From NCBI RefSeq assembly GCF_006345805.1, contig NC_043001.1, positions 98,580,001 through 98,644,000 on the forward strand: a DNA stretch of 64,000 nucleotides, in the 5' to 3' direction. A program made the position numbers and the translations under genes. This stretch comes from Octopus sinensis. Its lineage: Eukaryota. Under the pieces are notes generated by a model. It made no database searches, was not told the DNA's origin, and saw only the letters and a program-made list of their open reading frames with translations. Each line of letters starts with the position of its first letter. Position 1 is the first letter of the stretch. This document shows positions 37,802 through 51,473 of this stretch, in pieces.

Positions 37802-40030
37802 TGTTGACAGGGCTATTAGAGTAAAGAAACAAGCTTGGAAGAACGGTGGTAGCAGGGAATTGTATCAGACTGCCAGAACAGAAGTTAGGAGCAGTCTTAT
37901 TTAGCCAGAGAGGAAGCAGATAAGAAAAAATTTGCCAATGGTCTGTGCTGTGAGGACAAAACTTGAGGTATTTCATGTTGCAAGACAGTGTGTTTAGAGA
38001 GAATCGTGATGTTGGAGGAGAGAAATGTGTTCGCATGGATGATGGTTCACTTGCACTAGATGAGGCTGCAAAGAGAGAGGTTTGGAGATGCCACTATGAA
38101 AGGTTGCTGAATAAAGAAAATGAATGGGAGAAAAAGAGTCTGCCGAATGTCGACCCAACAGAGGGACCAGTTATCCGAATACCTTGGTAGATAAAGCAAT
38201 TAAGAGTATGAAGACAGGGAAAGCCCCTGGCCCATCAGGAATTACTGCAGAGATGCTCAAAATATTTGGCAGTATTGGCTATAGCCTAGTCACCAGTATA
38301 GTTAACAAGGTGATACATGAAGGAGTCATACCCAATGACTAGTGTAGCAGCACTATAGTCAACTACTACAAAGGAAAAGGTGACGCTTTAGATACAAATA
38401 ATTACAGAGGTACATTACAAGGTAATGAAGGTCATGGAGAGAGTCATAGCCCAACTAATTAGGGAGAGAGTCAGTTTAGATGAGATGCTGTTTGGGTTTG
38501 TGCCAGAGAAAAGCTCACTTTGATGCTATATTTCTGGTAAGACAAAAGATAAACCTCTGTACCTGGCTTTCGCTAACATGGAGAAAGCCTTTGACAGGGT
38601 CCCCTGATCCCTCACCTGGTGGTAAATGAGGAAACTAGGGATAGATAAATGGCTAGTGAGAGCTGTGCAAATCATGTACAGGGATGCTGTCAGTAAGGTG
38701 AAGGTTGGCAGCAAGTACAGTGAAGAATTCCGAGTAGGGATAGGGGATCACCAAGAATCAGTCCTCAGCCCCCTCCTATTTATCATAGTCCTCCAGGCAA
38801 TAACAGAGGAATTCAAGACAGGATGCCCCTGGGAGCTCCTCTATGCTGGTGACCTTGCTCTAATTGCTGAGTCACTATCAGAACTAGAGGAAAAGTTTCA
38901 GGTGTGGAAGCAAGGATTAGAACCGAAGGGCCTTAGAGTCAACTTAGCTGAAACCAAAGTCTTAGTAAGTAGAAAGGCAGACAAACCACAAATCCCTTTA
39001 GGTAGATGGCCCTGCTTAATCTGTAGAAAAGGTGTAGGTAGAAACTCCAGTGTAAGCTATGGTCACATAAGAGGTGCAGCAATATCAAAGGAAGGCTAAC
39101 TGTGAAGATAGTTTTTGTATGTGGCAAATGTTCAGGTGCTATAAACACTGAAAATGTGCAGAGAACTGCTTCTGTCACATTTCAGGGAGAAAAACTACAA
39201 GTAGTTGATAGCTTCCATTACCTAGGTGACCAAATCAGTAACGGGGGTGGATGCTTGAAAGTGTAGCTGCTAGAATAAGAATAGCCTGGGCAAAGTTCAG
39301 AGAACTCCTACCTCTGCTGGTGACAAAGAGCATCTTGCTCAGAGTAAAAGGTAGACCGTATAATGCATGTGTATGAACAGCCATGCTACATGGCAGTGAA
39401 ACATGGGCTGTGACTGCTGAGGATATGTGTAAACTTGCAAGGAATGAAACCAGTATGCTCTGCTGGATGTATAATGTCAGTGTTAATACATGACAGAGTG
39501 TAAGCGCCCTGAGAGAAAAGTTGGACTTAAAAAGCATCAGATGTTGTGTCTAAGACAGACAACTGCACTGGTATGGTATGGATGAGGAGAGCTGTGTGAA
39601 GAAGTGTCACACCCTAACAGTAGAAAGAATCCGTGGAAGAAGGAGACCTAGGAAGATGAGGTGGGAAGCATGACCTTTGAACAGAGGCAATGACAAGAGA
39701 CCAAGTCCTTTGGTGATATGCTGTGATTGAGAAGACCCGGCAAGTAAAGTGAGATCACAGCCATGGCCTATACCAGTGTCGCATAACCAACCCATTTAAA
39801 AGTACCCTTGAATCATTGGGCAATACACTACACTTGAGAAGACCTATTGAGTCAAGTAAAATCAGTCAAAAAATAAAATCAAAATCAAAATGGAAATACC
39901 AGTTCCACTTGACTGGCACCCATGCTAGTAACATGTAATAAGAACCATTCAAGCGTGAGTTGATGCCAATGCCACCTGACTGGCTCCCCATGCTGGTAGC
40001 ATGTAAAAAACACCATCCAAACGTAACTGA
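37802..40030 (+). mobile_element. Longest RTE LINE copy (RT domain), decayed
   Basis: GKAPGPSGITAEML, NYRG, MEKAFDRV, SVLSPLLFIIVL, LYAGDL (YADD), Cys-rich insert, ARIRIAWAKF. Multiple stops. Confidence 0.92.
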
Positions 40031-40970
40031 TACCAGTCCACCCCTCCAATTTAGTTGGTGGTCTTGTTATCTCTATTCTAGCTTTTGGTAGAGTAGAAGA
40101 GGTTAGAAAGGGTCAAGTGGTGAAGACATTATTTCAGCCTAGCTAAAGGCATCTGGAAAATGTTAAACTGCTGTCAGAGAAAAACCATTGTTCCATCGTG
40201 GGAAAAGTTCTGTTGCAGTGTTAATTTAAATTTGGCTGTGGTGGATCGAATCCACTTCATGCATGCAAGATTCACTACATATATATGTATATAATAATAA
40301 CTATAATAGTACATTATGATAATATATATCCTCTGATTAAGCAACATAATCTAAACAACTGATTGAAAAATGATGAGCTGAACACATTGGGATTGAACTC
40401 ACCTATCAATGCTTACATGGCTGAGTGCATACCTGACAGACCCAAAGCCTTCGGGTTTGTTTATGAAATTTTATATAGATATATTTCGCTTAGGCATTGT
40501 GGGACTAGTAATGCGTTAGAACTCAATATACATATGTTTCAGAACAAAGTGTTAGCTGAGTATAGAGCAGTAATAAGAAAAGCGATGACAAAGGAGCAAA
40601 TGAGTATCTTATGAACTTCATCAGCTTTCAACTGTTTCTGCCATAAGATGCAGTGAACTCATAGTTGTGTGCTTCATTGGAGCCCCAAATATGAAATGTA
40701 ATATATTGGGGAACAACATCTCAATGAGAAAAGTCAATGCAGATGTATATAAGAAAAGTGCATGTCCAAATATATACACACACACACACACATGCACATG
40801 CACACACAACATACTTCTTCTGGGTTCCATCAACCAAATCCACTGACATAGCTTTGGATTTGGTTGGCCTAGGACCAGTAAAAGACACTTGCACAATGCA
40901 TTATGCAGTGGGATTGAAGTAAGCTCCTTAACCACATAGTCATGACTGTGCCTTCATCTTGTATATAAAA

Positions 40971-41481
40971 CTAGCAGTATCGCCCGGCGTTGCTCGGGTT
41001 TATAAGGGAAATAACTATATAAGCATTTTTAGAGAGTTACTTCCCTTATAGATGCCAATTCGGGCTTTCTTAGCCATTTCTGTTTTGGTGTCTTCAAGCC
41101 ATGAAGTCGTTCTAAAAGAACGCTGGTCTCCTTGACAACGCTTTACGACGTTGATTTCCGTACACTCCCTTCCCCACAGCTTCACGAGAGAGGGAAGAAG
41201 GGGGAGAAGCAACATAGGTGCAGCTGTGACCATGGACGCCAACTCCGCCGCCATCGACACACGAAAAAATATGCATTAAAATGGAATAAAAAATGATGTT
41301 AAATTATTTTTTAAATCGTAGACTCATCGTAGACGCGCGCTAATACCCAGACAGGCTCGATATAAATCACGACTATAAGATACCCGAATTTGGTTAAACT
41401 GCACCGCAAAATGTGGGAGTAGTTAGGAATCTAAATCAAAGGGGACAGACACTCACACAACTACAGTTTTATATATATAGA
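40971..41481 (-). mobile_element. Non-autonomous Helitron
   Basis: Minus strand A|TCTATATATATAAAAC ... CCCGAGCAACGCCGGG hairpin ... CTAG|T, with no TSD. Confidence 0.85.
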
Positions 41482-41664
41482 TTTAAGTACAATGCCAATG
41501 GAGGAACTACAGCTTGCAAAGTGTATCAAATTAGTCTACTACCTTAACCACTAGTTTGTTGTTGGTATTTTTTTTTTTTGCTTTTTGATTTTGTTTTTGT
41601 GTTTGTTTATTATTTTAATGGTTTCAGTCATAGGACTGCGACCATGCTGGAGCTCTGCCTTGTT

Positions 41665-42165
41665 TCTTTTATTCTTTTACTTCTTTCGGTCATTTGACTG
41701 CAGCAATGCTGGAGCACCGCCTTAAAGGGTTTTTTTAATCAAAGAAATCAACCCCAGGACTTATTCTTTGTAAGCCTAGTACTTATTCCATTGGTTTCTT
41801 TTGCCGAATCGCTAAGTTATGGTGATGTAAACACACCAACATTGGTTGTCAAGCAATGGTGGGGAGACAAACATACACACACAGATGTACACACATAAAT
41901 ACATACATACATACATATATATATATAAATATATATATATACACACACATATACATATACATACATACACACATGCACACACTCACGCACACACACACAC
42001 ATATATAGAGGATGGGCTTCTTTCAGTTTCTGTCTACCAAATCTGCTCACAGGGCTTTGGTCAGTCTGAGGCAAAAGTAGAAGACACTTACCCAGCTGCC
42101 ATGCAGTGGGACTGAACCTAGAACCAAGTGATTCAGAAGCAAGCTTCTTACCACACAGCTACGCC
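41665..42165 (-). mobile_element. SINE family B with expanded internal microsatellite
   Basis: Reverse complement of 47280-47693. Confidence 0.85.
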
Positions 42166-42384
42166 TTTGTTTATTTTCTTTTTCTGTCTTGATAATTTTA
42201 TTCATATCAGCAAGCATACGATTTAATTTTTTTTTTCCCTTTTTGGTAGCAATTGTTTTTTCAGCTGGATGTCCTTCATACCACTAACTACTCAATTAAT
42301 GAAGGAGGAGTAGTAAAAATGTGTTTTTCTTAATCGGGTAGACTGGAGTAAGCAGAGCAATTTACCTTGTTTATGAGTACTAAA

Positions 42385-42645
42385 CATCAACATCGTCATC
42401 ATCATCATCATTAACAGCAACAGTATTATCATCATCATTGTTGTCGCTATCATTATGATCTTCATTATTATCATCATCATCATCATCATTACTGCTGCCA
42501 TCCTCCTCCTTCTTCTCCTACTCCTCCTCTTCATCATTGTCATCATCATCATTACCACTACCACCACCACCACCACCACCATCATCATCATCACCACAAC
42601 TGCCACCACCACCACCATCATCACCATCATCATCATCATCATTTT
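42385..42645. repeat. Compound trinucleotide microsatellite (CAT/CAC/CTC)
   Basis: Directly visible in sequence. Confidence 0.9.
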
Positions 42646-45600
42646 TCATTAATTTTTTTCCTCTTTGTATGGGCTAGACAATTTGTCACTTATACACAAC
42701 CCTTCAGGTCTGAACATAGCTCATTTCTTCCAAAAGAGACAAAAAAAGCAGACAAATGGAGAGAAAGACAAAGAAATAGACAGACAAGAAGAATCAATTC
42801 CAATACAGAACTGGTAGTTTCTTGACCCTGAAAGAACGAAAAACAAAGTGACAGCAACAGGATTGGAACATAGAGAGCTGAAATGTATACTGTAAGGCAT
42901 TTTAGCCAATGCTTCAATGACTCTACAAAGCTTTCAGTGGTTTATTATACCACTTCATAATGTCTATCTATGGCAAAATGAATTGAGGCAATTATGTAAC
43001 CTAGTACATCATAACACCAGTGAAGGAATACAGGTTTGAACTATTTGGTAGGTAGGCCAACATTTCAGTCAAACAGAGCAGCAAAGCTCTAGTTTCCATT
43101 CTTTCGTTAGCAAATAAAGGTTTTCAGAAACATAACTTTTGTAGATTCCAAGAACATTCTGCATATAAACTAATCCTTTCTGAACCAGAAAGATCTCATA
43201 AAATTATTTTCAGCTGTAGTTTCCACAGCACATAGCTTTACTCAAATGAATAGGGTAGAATACTACCCATCACAAATAGCTTTCTTTGGTAAAGAAATTA
43301 AAGTCAGCATTGAAAACCTTTGAAATAGATACAAGCTCCACATACTCCCACTGTCTGTGACAGTAAATTAGAAAATACTGGCCTATTTTGTCAGAGTTAT
43401 GTGGGTTAAGTCATTGTAAGCTTGAACACCATCTTAAGTCACAATGCAGAATTGGTTAGAGAATGTAAACTATCAACATCTCAGGTGTTTGTCTGGTGTC
43501 CATTTGACTCAGAGATGTAGCCATCTACATATGAATGGAAGAAATTTTAACCAGAGGTAGAATCATGCATGCTGTTGTTGGATAGGTTCTGCACAATCTT
43601 ATTTCACAACAAAACTATGTCAAAAAGGAAGCTAGCAGAATGATATATTCAATCAATGCTTCTAGCCATATCCATTCCATGTTTATTATGGTACATGCTA
43701 CCCTAACATTCAAGTCTTAAAATAGGTTGTATGGAAGTTTGTTGAAGTCAATTTTGGTACTACAAAACAAACATGTAGAAGTTTCTTTGTTACAAATAAA
43801 AAATTGTTAATTTTCTTTTTCTTTTTTTTTCCTTTATCTTTTAACTAAGAGAGAAGGCAGTGTCACTGATACTTTACAGGACCCCTCAGATTAGTGGGAA
43901 AGTAACAAGAGATGTTCTCTTAAAATTGGAGAGCTAGCCTAAAATGCTTGCAACAGAAATGATTCTGCTAAAGATGATGTTGTTAAACTGGGTGATGGAT
44001 TAAGTCTACCATTCAAGCAAACTATGGTGGAATTTGAACTCAGCACACAAAGATCCAGAACAAATGCTGCAAGGCATCCAGTCCAATGTTTTTACAGTTT
44101 CACCATTTCACAGACCCTGCATTGGTACCATTTTTTTTATCAATCCCCCAAAATATGAAAGCTAATTTGACCACAGCATGACCTGAAATTAAAGCACAGA
44201 GTGATGGAACAAATACAATCAAATGGTTATTGCTGTTAATGTCTTTATATTTTAAAACAGCAAGATGTGATTTGAGAGAGAAAGAGAGAGAGATGTGGCT
44301 GCTATTTCTAGTAGTTCAAGCACCTACATGACAGCCCGCTCTTATCAATGGTTTTGGAGATAGCGATGATAACGGTGGCTTTGGTGGTGTTTCTGCTATT
44401 GCTGCTACTAATGTTTTTTTTCACCCTTTTTCTTGTTACTTCATAGCTGTTACCGGTACTTTAACATTTGCAATTAGGTTTTAACTTTGAACAAGGTGAC
44501 TAACTAAGAGTTTCACTATTTGCAATCAATAAGTAATTATCGATAAAAAAAAAATAGTTTTTTTTTTATTTACTTGTATATTTATTTATTTATTTATTTA
44601 TTTCTTTTCAGCACTAACACCACACACACACACACACACACATACATATGCATGAACATGTGCTCAGCTATAAAAAAAAGAGGGTATGTTATATAGATTA
44701 AAAACAAATTTTTTTTTTTAAATCTTTAAAAAAATTTGTTAAGGAAAATATCAACGGTTTACAGAAAGGCTGACTTTATTTTACAGTTGTTACAGCAAAA
44801 AGGATAGAGTATGTAAATACAGATCAGTTATCATGAATCCATTTCAGCATATCACAAAGAGAAATCTTTTATTTATTTATTTGGACTATTGCTATATTGG
44901 AACACCGCTGTCAATTATATTGACCCTGGAACTGAAGTTCAGTATTCACTTTTGATCTCTGATTATCAAATGGCTGAGTTAACTTATTTCAAGTGAGTTA
45001 CTTCCCTTACAATTAATATGTGTAAGTGAATGCATATGTAAGTGTTCTAAATGTGTGTTGTTGTAGTACTGAGGAGGGGGAAGGGCAACAAGTGATATTT
45101 AGCTGAAAATTAAAAAATAAGTTTTCTCAATAATTTAACATAGTTGTACACCAGTATAGACAAAAACATACTCACACATGCATGCATGCACACACACACA
45201 CAAGAAGGGTTCCAAAAGCTTTGGCCTCACTATGGTCCCTTTGACAGCAATCCCAAATTATTCTTTTCCTACTGACATGTCTCTAAGTATGTTGGGCTCA
45301 AAATATTTTCAAACACCTCTCATAAATTCAAGAGGAAGTCAAAATCATCCACACTTTCGCAAAAAATTTTCTTTACGTTTGCCACACTGCCTTAAGCACT
45401 CATGAACTAAAAGGAGTTACTCTTGTAGCTACGTAACCAAGGTTTGACCTTAATCACTTCAGTTTTCTTTCATGTGTTATAGAGCAAGCATGGCTGCTCC
45501 ACTAAGAGTGGTCACCAAAGAAAAACACAAATCAAAAAAGGGGGCACAGTAAAATGCAACATGCAGCCACAACTGGGCTCAGATGTTGGTTCCAGCCCCA

Positions 45601-45772
45601 CTCTAGCAACCGGTGTAGTATGATGTAGAGCACCAAACTCAAGATAGACCAGAATGCAGAATACAAGCCAAATAAAAAGTGTGGTATTCAAAGTTTTTAC
45701 ATGTCCTATAAAGCTATGAATACTTGGCCTGTTTATCATCATGTATATATATACACATTTATATGTGTGTGC

Positions 45773-45808
<36 letters not shown>

Positions 45809-45916
45809 TCATTTTTACTTGTTCCATTCATTCATATATTTATATTTACACACACACACACACACATATATATGTGTGTGTGTATACACACACACACATT
45901 AATATATATATATATA

Positions 45917-47183
45917 TTGGGTTGTCCGGAAAGTTCGTGCCGATTTTTAAAGGAAAGAAAAAGGTCAATAAATACTTGCCATTACATTTGTAACCAACCA
46001 AATACGAACTATTTTGTTGCACAATGCATCTCCGTCTTTCCTTTAACTTGAAAATACCCTCTTCCCAGAATTGAGGTAGTTTCATGGCAAAGAATTCATA
46101 AAGGTATCTTTTTACGTCATCCAAAGAATTGAAATTTTTATCATTAAGACTATTCTGCAGAGACCTGAATAAGTGGAAATCCGAAGGAGCAATATCTGGT
46201 GAATATGGAGGGTGAGGTAACACATCCCAGCCAAGCTGCAGCAATTTTTGTCTGGTTCCCAAAGAAATGTTCGGTCTTGCATTACCATGTTGGAAAACAA
46301 CACCCTTCCTGTTGGCCAATTCTAGATGTTTCTCTTGAATTTCTGCTTTTAATTCGTCCAGTTGTGTGCAGTATTTCTCAGAATTAATTGTCTGGTCACT
46401 TAGGAGAAGCTCATAGTACAGAATTCCTTTCCAATCCCACCAGACACAAAGCAAGACTTTTTTAGGGTGAGGACCTGCTTTTGGGGTGGCTAAGGGTGGC
46501 TTGTCGCTTACTCTAGGATCACTTTCTCTGAACATTTCGGAAGATAATCCATTTCTCGTCACCTGTCACAATTTGCTTTAAAAAAGGCATGGTTTCATTC
46601 CGTTTATAAAGCGAATCACAGATGGAAATGCGATCCAAAAGGTTCTTCTCACTCAACTCATGTGGTACCCAAACGTCGTAGCGATTTGTGCATCCAAGCT
46701 TTACCAGGTGCTCATGAATGATGGATTTTGATAGGTTGAGGCTTTCTGCCAATTCTCTGGTTGTGCAATGTGGGTTATTGATTTGGTCATCATCTGTAGT
46801 GGATGGTCTGCCTGATTGCTCTTTATCAATAAGGCTGCAATCTCCAGCTTGGAACCTTGCAAACCACTTCCATACCGCACTTTTGGATAAAGAAACATTA
46901 CTGTAAACTGCACATATTTCTTTGGTTGCTTGTGAGGCATTTTTCCCTTTACGGAAAAAGAAAAGCATCAAGTGCCGAAAATGAACTTTCTTATCTTCCA
47001 TTTTAAAGGGTTATAGAATTAACACAGGTTATAGGAACATAAACCTTCTTCCATGAAAAGATAGGTTAAACTGTGCTCAAAATGGAGGTGTAGTCAAGTC
47101 CTATTTTATGGACTCAGCCATGTTCTGAAATAAGTCGAAAAGTAAGCTACTATAAATCGGCATGAACATTCTGGACAACCCAA
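45917..47183 (-). mobile_element. Near full-length mariner (mellifera-subfamily-like), frameshifted transposase
   Basis: TIRs TTGGGTTGTCCGGAAAGTTCGTGCCGATTT / AAATCGGCATGAACATTCTGGACAACCCAA within (TA)n. MEDKKVHFRHLMLFFFRKGKNASQA, WVPHEL, VTGDEKW, HGNARP (catalytic D lost), YSPDIAPSDFHLF. Confidence 0.95.
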
Positions 47184-47279
<96 letters not shown>

Positions 47280-47281
<2 letters not shown>

Positions 47282-47693
47282 TGCAGGAGTGGCTGTGTGG
47301 TAAGTAGCTTGCTAACCAACCACATGGTTCCGGGTTCAGTCCCACTGCGTGGCATCTTGGGCAAGTGTCTACTGCTATAGCCTCGGGCCGACCAAAGCCT
47401 TGTGAGTGGATTTGGTAGACGGAAACTGAAAGAAGCCTGTCGTATATATGTATATATATATATATGTATGTGTGTGTATGTTTGTCTGTGTTTGTCTCTC
47501 TAGCATTGCTTGACAACCGATGCTGGTGTGTTTACATCCCCGTCACTTAGCAGTTCGGCAAAAGAGACCGATAGAATAAGTACTGGGCTTACAAAGAATA
47601 AGTCCCGGGGTCGATTTGCTCAACTAAAGGCGGTGCTCCAGCATGGCCGCAGTCAAATGACTGAAACAAGTAAAAGAGTAAAAAGAGAGAGAG
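47280..47693 (+). mobile_element. SINE family B, full length, young
   Basis: CpGs retained. Nearly identical to 33371-33774. Confidence 0.9.
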
Positions 47694-48099
47694 TATATAT
47701 ATAGGAATCTGATTAAATCTTCCACACATCAACATGTACCTCCTTGCAACAATGTAACCTTCAATTTTATCAAGATATTCTTGGCCTGAAGAGTAGCCAG
47801 TGGTATACATCTCACTTGGATTGTTACCACTTCTGAGGTTCTGCTCACCATGAAACATATATAGCCCAGATCTTATTATTTCATTCCATAACTCTTGTAC
47901 TCTTATTCACACACCTGGCAACCCTGGTTGCCTACAGTGGAATGTAAAAAGAACTTTTTTCAGCTAAACGTTCTTTGATATCAAACACATCCACAACCTT
48001 CCATCGCAATAAACCCCTATTGTCCATGAAAGTTGTTTATATATATATATGTGTGTGTATGTATGTATGTATATATGTGTGTGTGTGTGTATATATGTG

Positions 48100-48155
<56 letters not shown>

Positions 48156-48182
48156 AATATATACAAACACACACACACACAC

Positions 48183-48216
<34 letters not shown>

Positions 48217-48284
48217 TTCAACAACATTGAGGAAAGGCCCCGATAGGCCATTCGACCCACTAGAAAGAGCAGCCAAGACTCAAA

Positions 48285-48803
48285 CCACTAAATAGTAGTA
48301 ATTCAGAAATTAAAGGAAAATTAAAAAACATTTACCCTAGTTATCTTTAGACAATGCATTGTTTTGACGTTCTTTATGGCAAACCAGCCTAATTAAATTA
48401 AATTAAATTTAATCAAGTCAATCTACCAAAGAATCTCATCGGTAGAGAAGCCAGGAGGAATAGATATACACGAGGCAGCAGCATTTGTGCCTCGGGGATA
48501 TATAATTCTGAAATTGAATCAGCAGTTTATATTTGCTGCTGATAAGTTGGCGCGATTACGGTGGTTTTGAAAATTTAGGGTATATATTCCCGAGGCACAA
48601 ATGCTGCTGCCTCGTGTATATCTATTCCTCCTGGCTTCTTTACCGATGAGATGGGCCTTTGGTAGATTGACTTGGTTAAATTTAATTTAATTTAATTAGG
48701 CTGGTTTGCCATAAAGAACGTCGAAACAATGCATTGTCTAAAGATAAATAGGGTAAATGTTTTTAATTTTCCTTTAATTTCTGAATTACTACTATTTAGC
48801 GGT
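48285..48803. repeat. Large fold-back element (arms about 220 bp)
   Basis: 48288-48505 mirrors 48581-48800. The spacer holds its own small hairpin TCAGCAG..CTGCTGA. Confidence 0.92.
48638..48743 (+). ncRNA. Type I hammerhead motif, U4C core variant with long stem II
   Basis: CTTTA-CCGATGA-GATG...CGTC-GAAA-CAATGCATTG-TC-TAAAG: stem I CTTTA/TAAAG, palindromic stem III, GUC site. Confidence 0.75.
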
Positions 48804-49859
48804 TCTTATTTTAACTTGTGTCCATTGTTTTTCAATCTTTCATTACACATCTGTGACCGCTTCAGCAACACTTTCTGTCCTCATGTGTGCTCCTACTCTG
48901 TTTAGTCCATTCACAATATCTGTTTCAACACACAGTTTCACATCAGGAATCTTGCAACACAAATTCATAAATGTATATACATACACACACACACACATAT
49001 ATATATATAAAATGTATATACATACACACACACACATATATTTATACTCACACACACACATGCACATGCACACACACATACACGCACACACTAGTGTGAT
49101 GAATGGAAGAATGAGTACTCAGTATAGGAGAGTCCAAATAAGCATAGCCCCCACCCACAAGTGAGTATGACAATTAGCTTGTACCATATTTTCACTTATT
49201 GTTTTAGGTGCCTATGTTGTTGTGAGTCAACACAGACACTCTATTAGTGCTTCCCATCCTTGACCTAGTAAAATATCAAGGATGTAGCTGCTGGATAGAG
49301 TAAGGTAGTTGAACTCAGCACACAAAGATCCAGAACAAATGCTGCAAGGCATCCAGTCTAATGTTTTTACAGTTTCACCATTTCACAGACCCTGCATTTG
49401 TACGGTTTTTTTTTTATAAATCCCCAAAAATATGAAAGCTAAGTTGACCACAGCATGACCTGAAATTAAAGTACAGAGTGATGGAACAAATATAATCAAA
49501 TCATTATTGCTGTTAATGTCTTTATATTTTAAACTTAGCTGGTACTCATTTACAGCTGAGCAGCATGGAGAAGCATGAAATGATATACTTTGTTAGAGGT
49601 CTCAATGCATTGTCCAGTCTAGGAATCAAACCCACAGCTTTATGATTGGGAACTCAACACCCATATCATTATGCTATATAACTTCACTAGAAGGTAGAGT
49701 AGAAATTATTATTCATTTGACTTACCAGTATATGCTTGTGAATGTTAACAATGCCACTCTACAAACAAGAAACCTGAGGTATTAGCATGATACCCCAGAT
49801 TTATGTAAGTTGCGTAATAAATAATATGTGTGTACGTGTGTGTGTGTGTGTGTATCTAA

Positions 49860-50235
49860 AGGGAGAAGGGTACAAAGTAGTACTTGCATTGCTTAACATA
49901 AGAGTCAAAACGACTCAATTAGCCACAAAAAAACACTTTCATTGATAAGTTGAAGAAAAGACTGACGAGAATTGAGATGCAATGCATCGGAATCTGAAAT
50001 CACATGATATGGATATATCTCCTACCTCAGTAGGGAGCTTGTCCCACTGCAGTACAGAGCTTTCTCACTTCCCCTCTTTCATCAACTTATTAAGATAGTT
50101 CTTTTTGTGGCTAACTGAGTTGTTTTGACTCTTATTTCTAGCAATGTTGGTACTACTTTGTACCTTTGTCACTTCAATGACATTTATAAATTTGCCTTTA
50201 GGTTTTAGTTGCTAATAAGCTAATAAGCCACCTAC
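49860..50235. repeat. Partial fold-back related to the 27894-28300 family
   Basis: 49868-49960 mirrors 50075-50170. The 3' part CTTTTTGTGGCTAA..TTTCTAGCAATG..AGCCACCT resembles 28168-28289. CTGACGA at 49962 and GAAATCACATGATA at 49996. Confidence 0.7.
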
Positions 50236-50283
50236 ACACATGCACACACACACACACACGCACGCACACACACACACACACAG

Positions 50284-51461
50284 TACACTGTGTTAAAAGT
50301 TTTTCCATATTTCAAGGTTTAATTATTAGTGCAAACAAATTACATACGAAGAACATTTATTCATCAAAATATATCCCATTATATTCTATTATCTGTTGCC
50401 ATCATTGTGACAGAAGTTCGATCTCCACTGAAACCATTTAGCAAAAAAAAAAAATCCTTACACTTTTTTTCAACTTTATCCACGTTGTTGAACCTTCAAG
50501 AAATGGGCCATAGTTCAGAAAAGGTGATAACCTGGTGGTGCAAGGTTTGGACTGTAGGCAGGGTGAGGCAGCACTTCAAGCCCCTCAAGTTCCTAAAGTT
50601 TGCACTTGGTCACATCGGCAGTGTGTGTGTGTGTGTTGGAGTACTGTCATGCTGTAGAAGTGCATGTCTTTGACTGACCAATGCCAGGCAGTGAGCTTTC
50701 AAAGTATCATGTACTCAACTGCATTTGCTGAGCATAAAGGTTAGCATTCACAGCATGACCATCTGGGACAAGCTCACAGTACAACACCCCCTCAAAATTC
50801 TACCAAATATACAACATGACCATCTATTTAAATCACCCTTGTTTGACAACAAGTGCTGAAGCCTGACCAGAATGAAGTCACCGAATTTTAATAGATCCAT
50901 TCTTCATCCCTAGTTACAATTCAACACCCAAAACGAGCATCTCAAGTATTTGTCAGCAGTCCTTTGCAAATGTTCAGATGTTGAGCTTGACCATTGGTCT
51001 GTTCATAAGGGACTTCTCAACATATCTATTCACAAGGCTGAGCTTATGGGATAGTCAGTTGACGGTGCTTTTGAAGGACCAAGTTCTGCCAACAGTGTAT
51101 GAGTGCAACCATTTCAAGCAACGTCTCATCTTACACAACAGAAAGTCTCTCTAACCTTGATTTGTCTTCAAAACTGGTGTCACCTTCCTTGAAATGTCTG
51201 AGTAAGTTTCATGCCTCACATTAATTAACAGTTCCTGGGCCTTTCACATCCTTAATTTCTTTTGCCACTACCTTTGCACTCAGTCCTGTTTTTTCCACAA
51301 GTAGCATAAAATGGCTCAAATTGCAATATTTTCACCACTCATTATCAAAGCTGTAAAATAAAGAATAAATAATAAATGTTTATATGTTATGTGAAAATAA
51401 AGACTAAAGAATCCAGCAATGATTGGATAACAAGTTAAAAACACCTTTTGACTGAACCTGA
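50284..51461 (-). mobile_element. Old decayed mariner-like transposon
   Basis: Minus strand EVLPHPAYSPNLAPPGYHLF at about 50515-50578. Mariner-like length; termini weak. Confidence 0.7.
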
Positions 51462-51473
51462 TATATATATATA

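Noticed and set aside
42292-42652. Poly-M/V/R and poly-I/T ORFs (also 61322-61678)
   Set aside because: Trinucleotide microsatellites.
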